A DNA stretch of 46,409 nt from Octopus bimaculoides (Eukaryota). This document shows, piece after piece, positions 1 through 12,513 of this stretch; position 1 is the first letter of the stretch, and each line of letters begins with the position of its first letter. Location: NCBI RefSeq assembly GCF_001194135.2, contig NC_068994.1, forward strand, positions 57,059,815 to 57,106,223, read 5' to 3'. Below the pieces are notes generated by a model. The model ran no database searches, had not been told where the DNA came from, and saw only the letters and a list, made by a program, of their open reading frames with translations. Position numbers and translations under genes: made by a program.

Positions 1-226
1 CACATAAAAGACACCATTTCGAGCGTGGCCGTTTTCGTGCGGGTGACACGTAAAAGCACCCACTACACTCTCTGAGTGGTTGGCGTTAGGAAGGGCATCC
101 AGCTGTAGAAACTCTGCCAAATCAGACTGGAGCCTGGTGTTGCCATCCGGTTTCACCAGTCCTCAGTCAAATCGTCCAACCCATGCTAGCATGGAAAGCG
201 GACGTTAAACGATGATGATGATGATG
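1..226 (+). mobile_element. 3' terminus of an RTE-like non-LTR retrotransposon (or its derived SINE) with (GAT)n tail
   Basis: Contains ggttggcgttaggaagggcatccagctgtagaaac and ends ccatgctagcatggaaagcggacgttaaac(gat)5, a stem-loop plus short tandem tail typical of RTE-clade 3' ends. The motif gacacgtaaaagcac matches the reverse complement of cttttcacgtgccac near 25755. Confidence 0.7.
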
Positions 227-745
227 TATATACGCACATATTTGTGATTGTATATACACAGATATATATATATATATGCGTTCACACAAACACACATATA
301 TTTACTTATACATTATTAGAGATTACTATACATACAGTATTTAATCATTCATAAAAAAATTGTTGCTAAACGAATAGAATATGCATTCCTCGGGGTGGTA
401 TATATTTTGTTCGTGATGCATATGTCATTATCATATCTTAATTCTGTTGTGTATGATTTCTTGGAAACTGCTGTAGTCTACATTTACTAACACAGACACA
501 TATACATATGTCTGTATGTATGTATATATACACATTAGTATGGAAACATAGAAATATGTATGTTTACTGTTTCTTGTATGACAATATACGTCATATAGAA
601 TTTCGTTACGCATACACATGTGCGTACTGACGTATGCATAATGGTGACTGTGTGTAAAGATGTGAATGGTTGTCTGTGTATGTGTATATGTATGAATGTA
701 TTTACATGTATAAATGCAAACATACACATATGATATAGGTACATA

Positions 746-1132
<387 letters not shown>

Positions 1133-2528
1133 TGTATGTATATCTGTATACTTGATCGTAAACAGAACTAATAAAGAGTATAAGGTTTGCTGTTCCGCCC
1201 TAAATCTATGATTTTCTCTCAATAATTTCATTTCTGTTATTGAAGCAATTTGCATCAATTTTCTGAGTATTTATCGCTTTATTCAAATCGTTACCTTACA
1301 CCAAATAAGAAATTTCTTGTTTTTCGTCAAAGAATTTTCTACTCATAACTTCAGTCATCAGTAGGATAGTTTAGACAGAAACGGTGTTATAAAGCACACG
1401 TATTCTTAGCAAATATATTTACTATTAACCACATTATTCGCCACCTGTAATCTAACATAAACCGATTTTTATGAAGACATATAATCGTTTATTTTTCTGT
1501 TAAGTTCGGTTGCTTAGAATTTAGCTTAAATGGATGTTTTTGGCATTATTCAGTTTTACATAATATTTGTATTATATTCAACGATTTATTTAGACAATTT
1601 TTCAGAAAGAATTACAATTTACTTTAGATTATATTCAACCGTTGTCAGTAGTTTTGTCAAATCAACTTACATTTTGTGTTTTTTTTTTTTCTATATAACG
1701 TTATTGGAATTTCATTGCGAAATATTACAAAATACGATTAATTTTAGAATATAAGTGAAACATAAAATATATGTACATATATACGTGTGTGAAAAAAATA
1801 TATAAATAAAAGGCAAAATATGTATATTAACTGCTTCTGCACCGAATACAGAATCACTCGGTAGAAAAAAATAGTAATGAAATTGAAGGGAAAATATTTA
1901 CAAATTTCTATGCAATTTACACGTCTTAAACATATGACGGTAATCGATGGTGTGTCAGAATTTTTCTACTGATTCTATTGCTGAAATATGCCAAACGCTC
2001 CATCTGGAATGCTTTGTTGATAATAGACACAAGCTGAATTTGTGAATGATTTATTTATATTCAAACATCTTTAAAATGATTTATGGATAAAGAAAAAGAG
2101 AGAAGGAAATTAAGGAGGGGAAAAAAGATGGAAAATTTTCTATACATATATCACTAACAGTATTTATATTGATAACTCATACTGATGTAAAACCTTAAAG
2201 TATGCATACCTCAACGTATTACAGGTATGTAAATTTAATCGGCCTCTGAAATGAGAAAAGGAAAACGGTGAGATTTTAATTCAGAAGTTAAAGAAAACTG
2301 GAAATGGCACCAGCAGGAACTGGATTTCAAGGATTTTTGGTATCTAACGATGTGTCACGTTGTGAATGGTTGTTATTCCTTGTGCGCTATCAACTGCCAC
2401 AAAGTCTCAGTGACTTTCACGTATCAGAAACATGTATGAACGATAACTGCGACAAAAGTAAATTCTGCGTTAAACCATGTAAACTAAATAAGCAACAAGT
2501 GATTGTTTTGTCATCAATACAGCATTAG

Positions 2529-2539
2529 TAATAATAATA

Positions 2540-2633
<94 letters not shown>

Positions 2634-2635
2634 TA
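2529..2635. repeat. (AAT)n microsatellite
   Basis: About 35 nearly pure AAT units. Confidence 0.97.
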
Positions 2636-3228
2636 AAACTATTGCCGCCCTAAACGCTAAATCTGCATGAAATTAATGGACGATACAACGAATAAATTAA
2701 AATCAGGACATATTTTTAAAATCAGTTATTCAAGAAAAATTGTACTTTATGATATTGAATATAAAATATCTAACGTAGAAAACATACGAGAAACAAGACT
2801 TATATGAGAGCAAAAACTGACAACGCAACGTCAACAAATAGATCTTAATACCAAGCAAATAACAAATTAATGTCCGTTTAGATTTCTGCGCAACCAAAAC
2901 AAATCTCATATAATATAGCTTGGCACTGGATGGTTTTACTGCCAACATAACAGATCCAATGCTAGCAAATAAAGTGATTTTGTGTCATTATTTTGAAAAT
3001 TAAATTGGCCCACAATTATTCGTAAATTTCTTTCTATATGTAGAAGTTTCTGTTAGCTATTCCTCAGGTGTGGTCATCGGGAGATAATCGTTATGAACAA
3101 TAGTATATACAAATATGTACATAACTGACAATGGCCTAGAGAAAAGAATCAAATTATCTTTCCGCAAATACGTTTTGTTCCCAGGGATGAATTATTTTCA
3201 TTTCTTGAAGTATCTACCCTTTCTGAAT

Positions 3229-3318
3229 CGCACTGGGGTCGATATAATCGACTTAATCCATTTGTCTGTCCTTGTTTGTCCCCTCTGTGTGTAGCCCTTT
3301 GTGGGTAGTAAAACAATA
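3229..3318 (+). mobile_element. SINE family A, 3' fragment with variant pyrimidine-rich tail
   Basis: cgcactggggtcgatataatcgacttaa is the family A core (compare 21048-21072), followed by tccatttgtctgtccttgtttgtcccctctgtgtgtagccctttgtgggtagtaaa. Confidence 0.7.
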
Positions 3319-3487
3319 ACATACATACATACATACATACATATTAGATAGTGAGATGGATAAATCGTTACATAAATAGACGTACAGATACTAAGATGGG
3401 TAGATAGTCGATATATAGATAAAAGCTATACCTCCAATGAAAATAAGAGTAAAAATTAAACTGAATGACGGATCGATCATTTTAACT

Positions 3488-3530
<43 letters not shown>

Positions 3531-4329
3531 CATTATTATTAAGAAGAAAAAGTAGAAGCAGAAGAAATAGACGAGAAGAACAAGAACAACAACGACAACA
3601 AAAAGAGGAATGTGCTTATATATAACNNNNNNNNNNNNNNNNNNNNNNNNNNNNNNNNNNNNNNNNNNNNNNNNNNNNNNNNNNNNNNNNNNNNNNNNNN
3701 NNNNNNNNNNNNNNNNNNNNNNNNNNNNNNNNNNNNNNNNNNNNNNNNNNNNNNNNNNNNNNNNNNNNNNNNNNNNNNNNNNNNNNNNNNNNNNNNNNNN
3801 NNNNNNNNNNNNNNNNNNNNNNNNNNNNNNNNNNNNNNNNNNNNNNNNNNNNNNNNNNNNNNNNNNNNNNNNNNNNNNNNNNNNNNNNNNNNNNNNNNNN
3901 NNNNNNNNNNNNNNNNNNNNNNNNNNNNNNNNNNNNNNNNNNNNNNNNNNNNNNNNNNNNNNNNNNNNNNNNNNNNNNNNNNNNNNNNNNNNNNNNNNNN
4001 NNNNNNNNNNNNNNNNNNNNNNNNNNNNNNNNNNNNNNNNNNNNNNNNNNNNNNNNNNNNNNNNNNNNNNNNNNNNNNNNNNNNNNNNNNNNNNNNNNNN
4101 NNNNNNNNNNNNNNNNNNNNNNNNNNNNNNNNNNNNNNNNNNNNNNNNNNNNNNNNNNNNNNNNNNNNNNNNTATATGTCAATTAGTATACAATATGTTG
4201 TAATATCTTTTAAAATATATTCGAAATCTCAATGTATTGTTTATTAAAATGACATTCAGAATATATATTTTTAGTGGATACTTATGTACATAAATATGTA
4301 TATATGTGTGTATGCATGTATGTGTCAAC

Positions 4330-4377
<48 letters not shown>

Positions 4378-4403
4378 GTGTATGTATGCATGTATCTGTC
4401 AAC

Positions 4404-4451
<48 letters not shown>

Positions 4452-4455
4452 GTGC

Positions 4456-4489
<34 letters not shown>

Positions 4490-4900
4490 TTGTATGTGTA
4501 TAAATACGAACACATAAATGCATATTATGTATATGTGTGTGTATGTCTGTGTGTGTAGATGTATAAATATGTACGTAAGTTTGTATGTGTGCATGGTTGA
4601 ATGTATTATTCTTGAACAGGAACAGTATTAACATTGACTTAAATGTTCTCTTCTCAACCATCATCTTATTGTGGTACATTCATGTGTATTTTGACTTTAT
4701 TTCAGTCACTGTTTGGCTGAAATTCTCGGCATGGATAGATCTATGTTAAATCATAATTAAGTTTTAAAGGAGGTTTTGATGTTATGGCATTATGGAAAAC
4801 TTATATTGATTGAGTTTGGGGTTGAGCTTTATTCAGGATTTATTTATGCATGTAGAACTTTTTACATAGTCAGTTGTGTCTATTTAGGTGTGTCAACTTC

Positions 4901-5110
4901 AAGCTAGCAGAAACATTAGCGCGCCTGGCGAAATGCTTAGCGGTATTTCGTCTGCCGCTACGTTCTGAGTTCAAATTCCGCCGATGTTGACTTTGCCTTT
5001 CATCCTTTCGGGGTCGATAAATTAAGTACCAGCTGCGAACTGGAGTCGATCTAATCGACTGACCCCCTCCCCCAAATTTTTGGGCCTTGTGCCTAAAGTA
5101 GAAACGAATA
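4901..5110 (+). mobile_element. tRNA-derived SINE family A, near full length
   Basis: A-box-like agctagcagaaacattagc, B-box-like gagttcaaattccgccg, core ctttgcctttcatcctttcggggtcgataaattaagtaccag and tail gggccttgtgcctaaagtagaaacgaat. Collinear with the copies at 20906 and 43699. Confidence 0.9.
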
Positions 5111-5899
5111 TATTATTTGGTTACATTTTTTCGCGCATTGGAACACAACCAATATCTCGGAAATGCAAAATCTGATAACCATTCGAAAAAAGGTGAATTT
5201 AATAAAATTTCAATCTATCAGTGGATCGTAGAAATATTTACAAATTATTTCGGCACTAACTTATAAATTTATTGCTCGTTTCCAACAATGGCAGTCATCC
5301 ATTTTCTTGTTATTTGACATACAAATTGCATTTTACGTTTATCAACATCGCAAATAAGGATGCGCCTATATCAACATTTATATTTGATATAGATGTTGTT
5401 CTGTTTGAACTCTGCTCAATTTATCTACACTACATCCTTCTTTTCCTTCTCATTATTTGTTCCGACACATCTATCGATTATCTATGGACAGAGGACATAT
5501 CATTGGCAGACAATTCAAATAGTTCGATTGATTATACTACATCCTATTCCCAAGTATGCAATTACCTCTCAGTTGTGTTAATGCTTTTCGATAAAAACAG
5601 AGAAATTGATTAATTCTATTATACCGACCTTCTCGTTCGAGCTTATGTTTTATCGATTAGATTGCCGTTCAATGTGATAGCGATAGCTCCGAATAACAAA
5701 TAGCAAGTCTTTTAACTATCGCACGTACTATTCTCATATTATAGACTTGTTCACCTCGATAAGTTGTGTAGCACGCGAAACCTGAGTCTGAACGTTCAAC
5801 ACTGTAAATAAGACAAGATCTCGAGATACTTCAGGTTACAACACTATTCTCATGTACGAACCTCTGATTGACAAACGTAAAATTCTTACTATATTGTTC

Positions 5900-6785
5900 C
5901 CTTCCTACCGGTCAGGAAGGGAGACACAATCTGGTTGCCCCATCTACTAGAAATAACAACCAAGACATTTCCAAATCAAATCCTAGCGGGGATTTTAACA
6001 GGTGCCTAACTTCGCGATCGCTAATGCAATTGGCCAAAACGGGGTCCCCTCGAAAGCGTAATACCACCGTCCTCTTCTCAAGGTCTTCAAGCCAAGGCTT
6101 GGGTGGGACAATCTCCCACTCCAAAGCAGTAGTCTTCTCTTTTAACTTTTTTCATGCCATAAGTAAATATTCAAATAGGAAATCATTGTTCACAAAAATA
6201 GTCTAAAAATGATGACAGTTCAGAAAAAAAGAGATAGTTCAGTAAACGAAACAAAACCAAAAAAAAAAAAAGGAGGAAGCGAAAAACAAGGAAAACAGTT
6301 CAAGGAAAAGGTAAAAAAAAAGAAAATTTCTTTTTAAAAAAAAGGAAAAACACAGAATCCTCGGCAGGAACAAAATGGGCTACACCGTACACCAGCCCTG
6401 GCTTAAACTGGTACTCCGTTGCAGTCAAATAAACACACAATAGTGCTGGTCCGTAAACCAGCGACTGAAGTGAGAAAAAACTCTTTAAATGGTTTCAGCT
6501 TGGTGAACTTGGTTAATTCATAGAAACGCCCACCAGCAGCCAGCTACACACACTATGTATGAAAGAGGCAAAAGTTCAATCAAATTTTCTCAAATTTTCG
6601 ACACCGCCAAGCACAAGCGAAATGCCCCAGAGCTGGGCAGAATATACTGTAAAAATGAAAACAATACTTCTACCCAGCTCACACAGAAAAGCAAATTCGC
6701 TTAACCTGACGGTGTCCTCTGTTCCTTAGACGAAGCTATGAGCTACACGTCTATCTTCAATGGTAACCGGAAGTAGACTGCCAAC
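5900..6785 (-). mobile_element. 5' portion (5'UTR plus start of ORF1) of a decayed L1/Tx1-like LINE
   Basis: Higher-complexity segment whose minus strand carries a disrupted ORF resembling L1/Tx1 ORF1 N-termini. The family assignment is by recognition only. An L1/Tx1-like 3' end occurs at 34511-34893. Confidence 0.5.
5905..6160 (-). pseudogene. Degenerate LINE ORF1 N-terminus
   Basis: ATG GCA TGA then KKLKEKTTALEWEIVPPKPWLEDLEKRTVVLRFRGDPVLANCISDREVRHLLKSPLGFDLE, and after a frameshift GNQIVSPFLTGRK. An in-frame stop sits at codon 3. Confidence 0.45.
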
Positions 6786-7075
6786 ACAAACTTGGTAAGC
6801 AAACTACTTACAATGCAGCCACTCTTGCACCTGTACATATATATATATGTATATATATACATAGATGCATACACAAATGTATATATATATACATATATAA
6901 ACGTTTGTGTATGCAACTATGTATATTAATGTATTGTGTATGCGCATGTTAAATTGCGCTTGTGGTTTTTTTGTTTCTTTTTTTTTTCAGTTCTTTGGTG
7001 CTCACGAATGCTGTTTCAAAAATGGAAATTCTAAAAATTCTATGATGGGAAATTTCTAATTCCCATAAATAGTGC

Positions 7076-7106
7076 TGCTATTACTACTACTACTACTACT
7101 ACGACG

Positions 7107-7146
<40 letters not shown>

Positions 7147-7395
7147 GCATAATAGCGGTGCTCATAGGGGTGGTAAGATTGATAATGTTGATGATGATGA
7201 TAATGATGATGATGATGATAATGATGATGATGATGATGATAAGGAGGAGGAGGAGGAGGAGGATCATGATGGTGATGATGGTGATGATGAAGATGATGAT
7301 GATAATCACCACGATCATGATCATGTCGACGACGACAATGATGGTGAACATTATCATGTGCCTGATGATGATATTTAGAATGACGATTATGATGC

Positions 7396-7426
<31 letters not shown>

Positions 7427-7618
7427 AAGAAGAAATGAGATGATGAAGAAGAAGAAGAAGAAGAAGAAAGAAGAAGAAGAAGAAGAAGAAGAAGAAGAAG
7501 AAGAAGAAAGAGAAGAAGAAAGAAGAAGAAGAAGAAGAAGAAGAAGAAGAAATGAGATGATGAAGAAATAATGATAGTAACAATAGTAATAACAATAGCA
7601 ACAGATGAAAAAAGAATA

Positions 7619-7666
<48 letters not shown>

Positions 7667-8163
7667 NNNNNNNNNNNNNNNNNNNNNNNNNNNNNNNNNN
7701 NNNNNNNNNNNNNNNNNNNNNNNNNNNNNNNNNNNNNNNNNNNNNNNNNNNNNNNNNNNNNNNNNNNNNNNNNNNNNNNNNNNNNNNNNNNNNNNNNNNN
7801 NNNNNNNNNNNNNNNNNNNNNNNNNNNNNNNNNNNNNNNNNNNNNNNNNNNNNNNNNNNNNNNNNNNNNNNNNNNNNNNNNNNNNNNNNNNNNNNNNNNN
7901 NNNNNNNNNNNNNNNNNNNNNNNNNNNNNNNNNNNNNNNNNNNNNNNNNNNNNNNNNNNNNNNNNNNNNNNNNNNNNNNNNNNNNNNNNNNNNNNNNNNN
8001 NNNNNNNNNNNNNNNNNNNNNNNNNNNNNNNNNNNNNNNNNNNNNNNNNNNNNNNNNNNNNNNNNNNNNNNNNNNNNNNNNNNNNNNNNNNNNNNNNNNN
8101 NNNNNNNNNNNNNNGGTGGTGGTGGTGGTGGTGGTGGTGGTGGTGGTGGAAGTAGTAGTAGTT

Positions 8164-8208
<45 letters not shown>

Positions 8209-8210
8209 AT
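7076..8210. repeat. Compound trinucleotide array (ACT)/(GAT)/(AGG)/(GAA)/(AGT)/(GGT) spanning a gap
   Basis: Directly visible. It explains the poly-M/R/K/E/S ORFs in the track. Confidence 0.97.
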
Positions 8211-8689
8211 AATAATCGTACTATAATGATCACGCTGGTGTTTAGCCAATAGGAGGTGTGTCAATCGATGAGAGTAAATGGTGTATGTTATTTCAAGACT
8301 ACATTACTTAACTCTCATATCGCCTCACATTTACTCTCTCTCTCTCTCTCCCTCTCTCTCATTCTCTTTCTCACTCATTCTCTCTTTCAATCTCTTTCTC
8401 TCATGCGCGCACTTTTCCCATCAATATATTCAAGAATAATCTCGGAGAATGTGTGTATCTCCATGATTACTGGCTTTCAGTGCAAGCAGCACGCCAATTT
8501 TAGATATGGTTATTAATACAAAATAACCTACAATATCTTCGAAGCCACCACACTCATTTTTGCCAAAAGCTAACCGATAAATCTATAACAGTTTGAGCAG
8601 AAGTAGAGAGAAAGATAAAAACAAAAACACACACACATAAAATAAAATGAAGGTCGAGCAACTATTTCGTTCTCCTCAACTGTATCATT

Positions 8690-8705
8690 ATCAGGATTAT
8701 TATTG

Positions 8706-8766
<61 letters not shown>

Positions 8767-8893
8767 TACTACTACTACTAATACTACTACTACTACTAAT
8801 AATAATAATAATAATAGTACTACTNNNNNNNNNNTAGTACTACTAATATTACTATTATCATTACTATTATTATTATTATTATTATTATTATTG

Positions 8894-8928
<35 letters not shown>

Positions 8929-9018
8929 TTGTTGTTATTATTATTATTATTATTGTTCTTCTTATTATTATTATTATTATTATTGTTGTTATTGTTGTTA
9001 TTATTATTGTTGTTGTTG

Positions 9019-9053
<35 letters not shown>

Positions 9054-9448
9054 GTCATTATTATCATTAATATTATTATTATTACTATTGTTAATGTTAT
9101 GATTATTGTTATTATCATTATTACTATTNNNNNNNNNNNNNNNNNNNNNNNNNNNNNNNNNNNNNNNNNNNNNNNNNNNNNNNNNNNNNNNNNNNNNNNN
9201 NNNNNNNNNNNNNNNNNNNNNNNNNNNNNNNNNNNNNNNNNNNNNNNNNNNNNNNNNNNNNNNNNNNNNNNNNNNNNNNNNNNNNNNNNNNNNNNNNNNN
9301 NNNNNNNNNNNNNNNNNNNNNNNNNNNNNNNNNNNNNNNNNNNNNNNNNNNNNNNNNNNNNNNNNNNNNNNNNNNNNNNNNNNNNNNNNNNNNNNNNNNN
9401 NNNNNNNNNNNNNNNNNNNNNNNNNNNNNNNNNNNNNNNNNNNNNNNN

Positions 9449-9500
<52 letters not shown>
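8690..9500. repeat. Compound (ATT)/(ACT)/(GTT) array spanning gaps
   Basis: Directly visible. Confidence 0.97.
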
Positions 9501-9502
<2 letters not shown>

Positions 9503-9917
9503 ACCTCTTTAGTAGCTTCCTAATTATTTCTCTTTCTCAATGCTATCACGAAGAGATCTCGCTATAAGAAATAATTAATGCTTTACGTTTTTCTCTCTGC
9601 TCTCCGTATAATGTTCCTATTGAATTTCGATGAATCTTCATTTTTCATGGGGGGGGGGCAGTTTTCTCTGTCTTGGAGGAGCTCACATTTTTATTTAATT
9701 CTGTTTTAGCAGAGCAAGGGAGCGAGAGAGATAGAGAAAGAGAGATTGAGAGAGATGAATAGAGAGAGAGAAAGAGATTGAGAGAGAACGTTCGCGTGTG
9801 GTTTACATTACTGGGACAGTACAGTTCCTGAATTGAACGAATTAAATCCATGAATTTAGATGTCTGCAAGTAGGAGCTGCATTTACAGACTTACAAACAA
9901 TATCACTGACACATATA

Positions 9918-10059
9918 GGCGCAGGACCGGCTGGGTGGTAAGAAGCTTGGTTCTTAACGACATGGTTCCGGGTTCAGTCCCGCTGCGTGGCACCTTGGTC
10001 AAGTGTCTTCTACTATAGCCTCGGACCAACCAAAGCCTTGTGAGTGAATAAGGCAGACG
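9918..10059 (+). mobile_element. tRNA-derived SINE family B, 5' half, truncated by a mariner fragment
   Basis: ggcgcaggaccggctgggtggtaagaagc...ggttcagtcccgctgcgtggcaccttggtcaagtgtcttctactatagcctcgg matches the reverse complement of 33130-33272. Confidence 0.9.
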
Positions 10060-10069
10060 AATTATGCAA

Positions 10070-10449
10070 CTCAGTGCGTAAAATTCTGTTGACTGTTCTT
10101 TGAGCCACTTCTTCACCACAGTTTTCACTTCCTCGCCGTTGGAATAATGTTTGCTTCTCAAACCCTCTTCTATGGGGCCGAAGAGATGATAGTCTGAAGG
10201 CGCTAAATCTGGTGACGAGGAAGTGAAAACTGTAGTGAAGAAGTGGCTCAAAGAACAGTCAACAGAATGTTATAGGCAGGGATACATGCTCTTATTCGAA
10301 GGTGGAACATTGCTATTGAGAGAAACGGTGACTATGTTGAGAAGTAGGGATGTGATCCACAGAGGACCAGCTTCATTTTGATGTATGATACATGTTCCTG
10401 TGTTGGTAATTATACCTGTCCTAAACAAAATGGCATTACTTTTTGACTC
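10070..10449 (+). mobile_element. Mariner (Tc1/mariner) transposase C-terminal remnant with 3' UTR and start of right TIR, internally rearranged
   Basis: The minus strand reads SPDLAPSDYHLFGPIEEGLRSKHYSNGEEVKTVVKKWLKEQSTEFY (mariner YSPDLAPSD motif). The plus strand reads DEEVKTVVKKWLKEQSTECY, then GIHALIRRWNIAIERNGDYVEK* (stop 10345-10347). ggcattactttttgactc, a TIR-like sequence, runs into the gap. Confidence 0.9.
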
Positions 10450-10552
10450 NNNNNNNNNNNNNNNNNNNNNNNNNNNNNNNNNNNNNNNNNNNNNNNNNNN
10501 NNNNNNNNNNNNNNNNNNNNNNNNNNNNNNNNNNNNNNNNNNNNNNNNNNNN

Positions 10553-10608
<56 letters not shown>

Positions 10609-11269
10609 TAATATGCTGTGAGCGTGTGCGTCTATGCGTGTGTAAATATTTATATATGTATATGTACCATTTATAAAGGGTTTTCTTTATATGATCGTGT
10701 AGTATTATAATATATTTCGTAAGAGTAAAATGAAAAGAGTAATTTTACAGAGTCGTGTCAAGATGTTTCCCGATATGTTCCCAACACATTCGGTAACTGC
10801 GACCAGATGCTCTATAATTTGTAGCTGCCATACATTGTCATGTGAATCAATGATGGAGAATATAGATAGAGTAGGATTGCTTACACGAGAGATAAAAAGA
10901 AAGAACATGAATGAGATAAGAGAGAGAGGGGGAAGAGAGAGAGAGAGTGAGAAAGAGAAAATGAAAGTGAGAGAACGTTCTCGTATTTCATATGATTAAC
11001 GCCATCACGAAGAGGCTAAATACCAGTCATTATAAAGAACTGAGCAACAGATTTCACTCCTCTGAATTTTGTAACATTTGGCAGAAGTTAATTTGTAATT
11101 AGACAAAAACAAATGCGGTTCTGTAGAAAAGAACATTGAGAATAAAGCAAGAAAGGGGGAAAACGGTGGTTGTGGTGGTGGGGAATTTTCAGAGAGAAAA
11201 TTATAAAGAGTAATTTAAAATGGTTGATATGAAGAGGAATTGTAGAATTCTTGGTAGCTGGCTGTAATA

Positions 11270-11654
11270 AAAGAGAGAGTGAGAGAGATAGAGAGAGAGA
11301 TCGAAAGAGAAAGATACAGAGGCAGAGAGAGTGATGGAGATAGAAAGAGCGACGGAGAGAGAGACTAGGCGACGGAGAAAGAAACCAAGAAACAGAGAGA
11401 GGGAGAGAGAGAGAGAGAGAGATCAGAAGAGAAAGATACAGACACAGAGAGAGAGAGAGAGACGGAGACAGACTGAGCAACGGAGAGAGAGAGAGAGAGA
11501 GACCAAGCGACGGATAAAGAAACCAAGAAAGAGAGAAAGAAACATAGTGAGAGGGGAAGGAGGGAGTGAAAGAGAAAGATACATAGAGAGACAGAAACAG
11601 ACACAGCAACGGAGAAACAGAGAGAGAGACCAAGTGACAGAGAAAGAAACCAAG

Positions 11655-11705
<51 letters not shown>
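11270..11705. repeat. (GA)-rich array with higher-order unit of about 130-140 bp
   Basis: The motif gagac(c/t)a(a/g)g(c/t)gac(g/a)ga(g/t)aaagaaaccaagaaa recurs at about 11361, 11499 and 11626. Confidence 0.85.
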
Positions 11706-11706
<1 letters not shown>

Positions 11707-12229
11707 AAGGGGAGAGTGAGAAATAGAGAATGAATGAGACGTTGAGAATGAATAATTTAAAGAATTCTGAAACCGAATTTATATGGAGGTGGTGAAGATG
11801 TAAGGATGACGGAGAACGGTTTAATGTTTAATTAGATACTTCCAAGAGCAGGTGAAAGGAGTCTTATAAAGGTAGAAATGTTGATATTCCTAGTTTAAAG
11901 GAACAGTATCAAACATAAAACTTCCCAAACGTATTCCTAAAATGTACAAGAAGTGATGTGGAATGAATGTTTCATTGACACAGCTTTATGTACGTAGCCA
12001 TTCTTGCAGTGAGTTTAAATATGCATTCGTTGCCGACACATTTATAAATATCGATGTATTTATGATGTCGACGTCGCCTGTACATACAAAAATATGCATG
12101 AATTCCTAACTGGAACGTCGTGAATTTTTTACTGGTGCTGTGCAGAAGCAAAGTATTTCGTGGAATTCAAGAATATTTTATATAATAGAATGTCTAAAAG
12201 CTTAAAGACAATGCAAAAGATGGCCTTTT

Positions 12230-12445
12230 ATCAGTTACTTGTTTCAGTTGTCACATGGTAGCCAGGCTGAGTACCACCTGGAAGAATTTCAGTCGAGGGT
12301 ATGGACCGCGATACATATTCTTTTTAAGCCTGGTACTTTGTCCATTGGTCACCTTTGCCGAAGTGCTAGGTTACGGGGATGTAAACAAATCAACACAGGT
12401 TGTCTTGCGGTGAAGAGGATAACACAGACGCAGAGACACATGCAC
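12230..12445 (-). mobile_element. SINE family B, diverged 3' half
   Basis: ttacttgtttcag...aagcctggtactt...gctaggttacggggatgtaaacaaatcaacacaggttgtc is collinear with 32886-33100. It leads into (AT)n and a gap. Confidence 0.75.
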
Positions 12446-12473
12446 ATACATATATCTATATTCATCTATCTAC

Positions 12474-12513
<40 letters not shown>

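Noticed and set aside
2304-2528. 74-aa ORF MAPAGTGFQG...
   Set aside because: No recognisable domain and no convincing splice context. The length is within chance.
5272-5613. 113-aa ORF and exon-like segment EDISLADNSNSSIDYTTSYSQ
   Set aside because: Weak splice sites, TTG start and no homology recognised.
5727-5853. 11-bp direct repeat actattctcat (5727 and 5843) as a possible TSD
   Set aside because: No recognisable element lies between the copies, and such a match is expected by chance in an AT-rich window.
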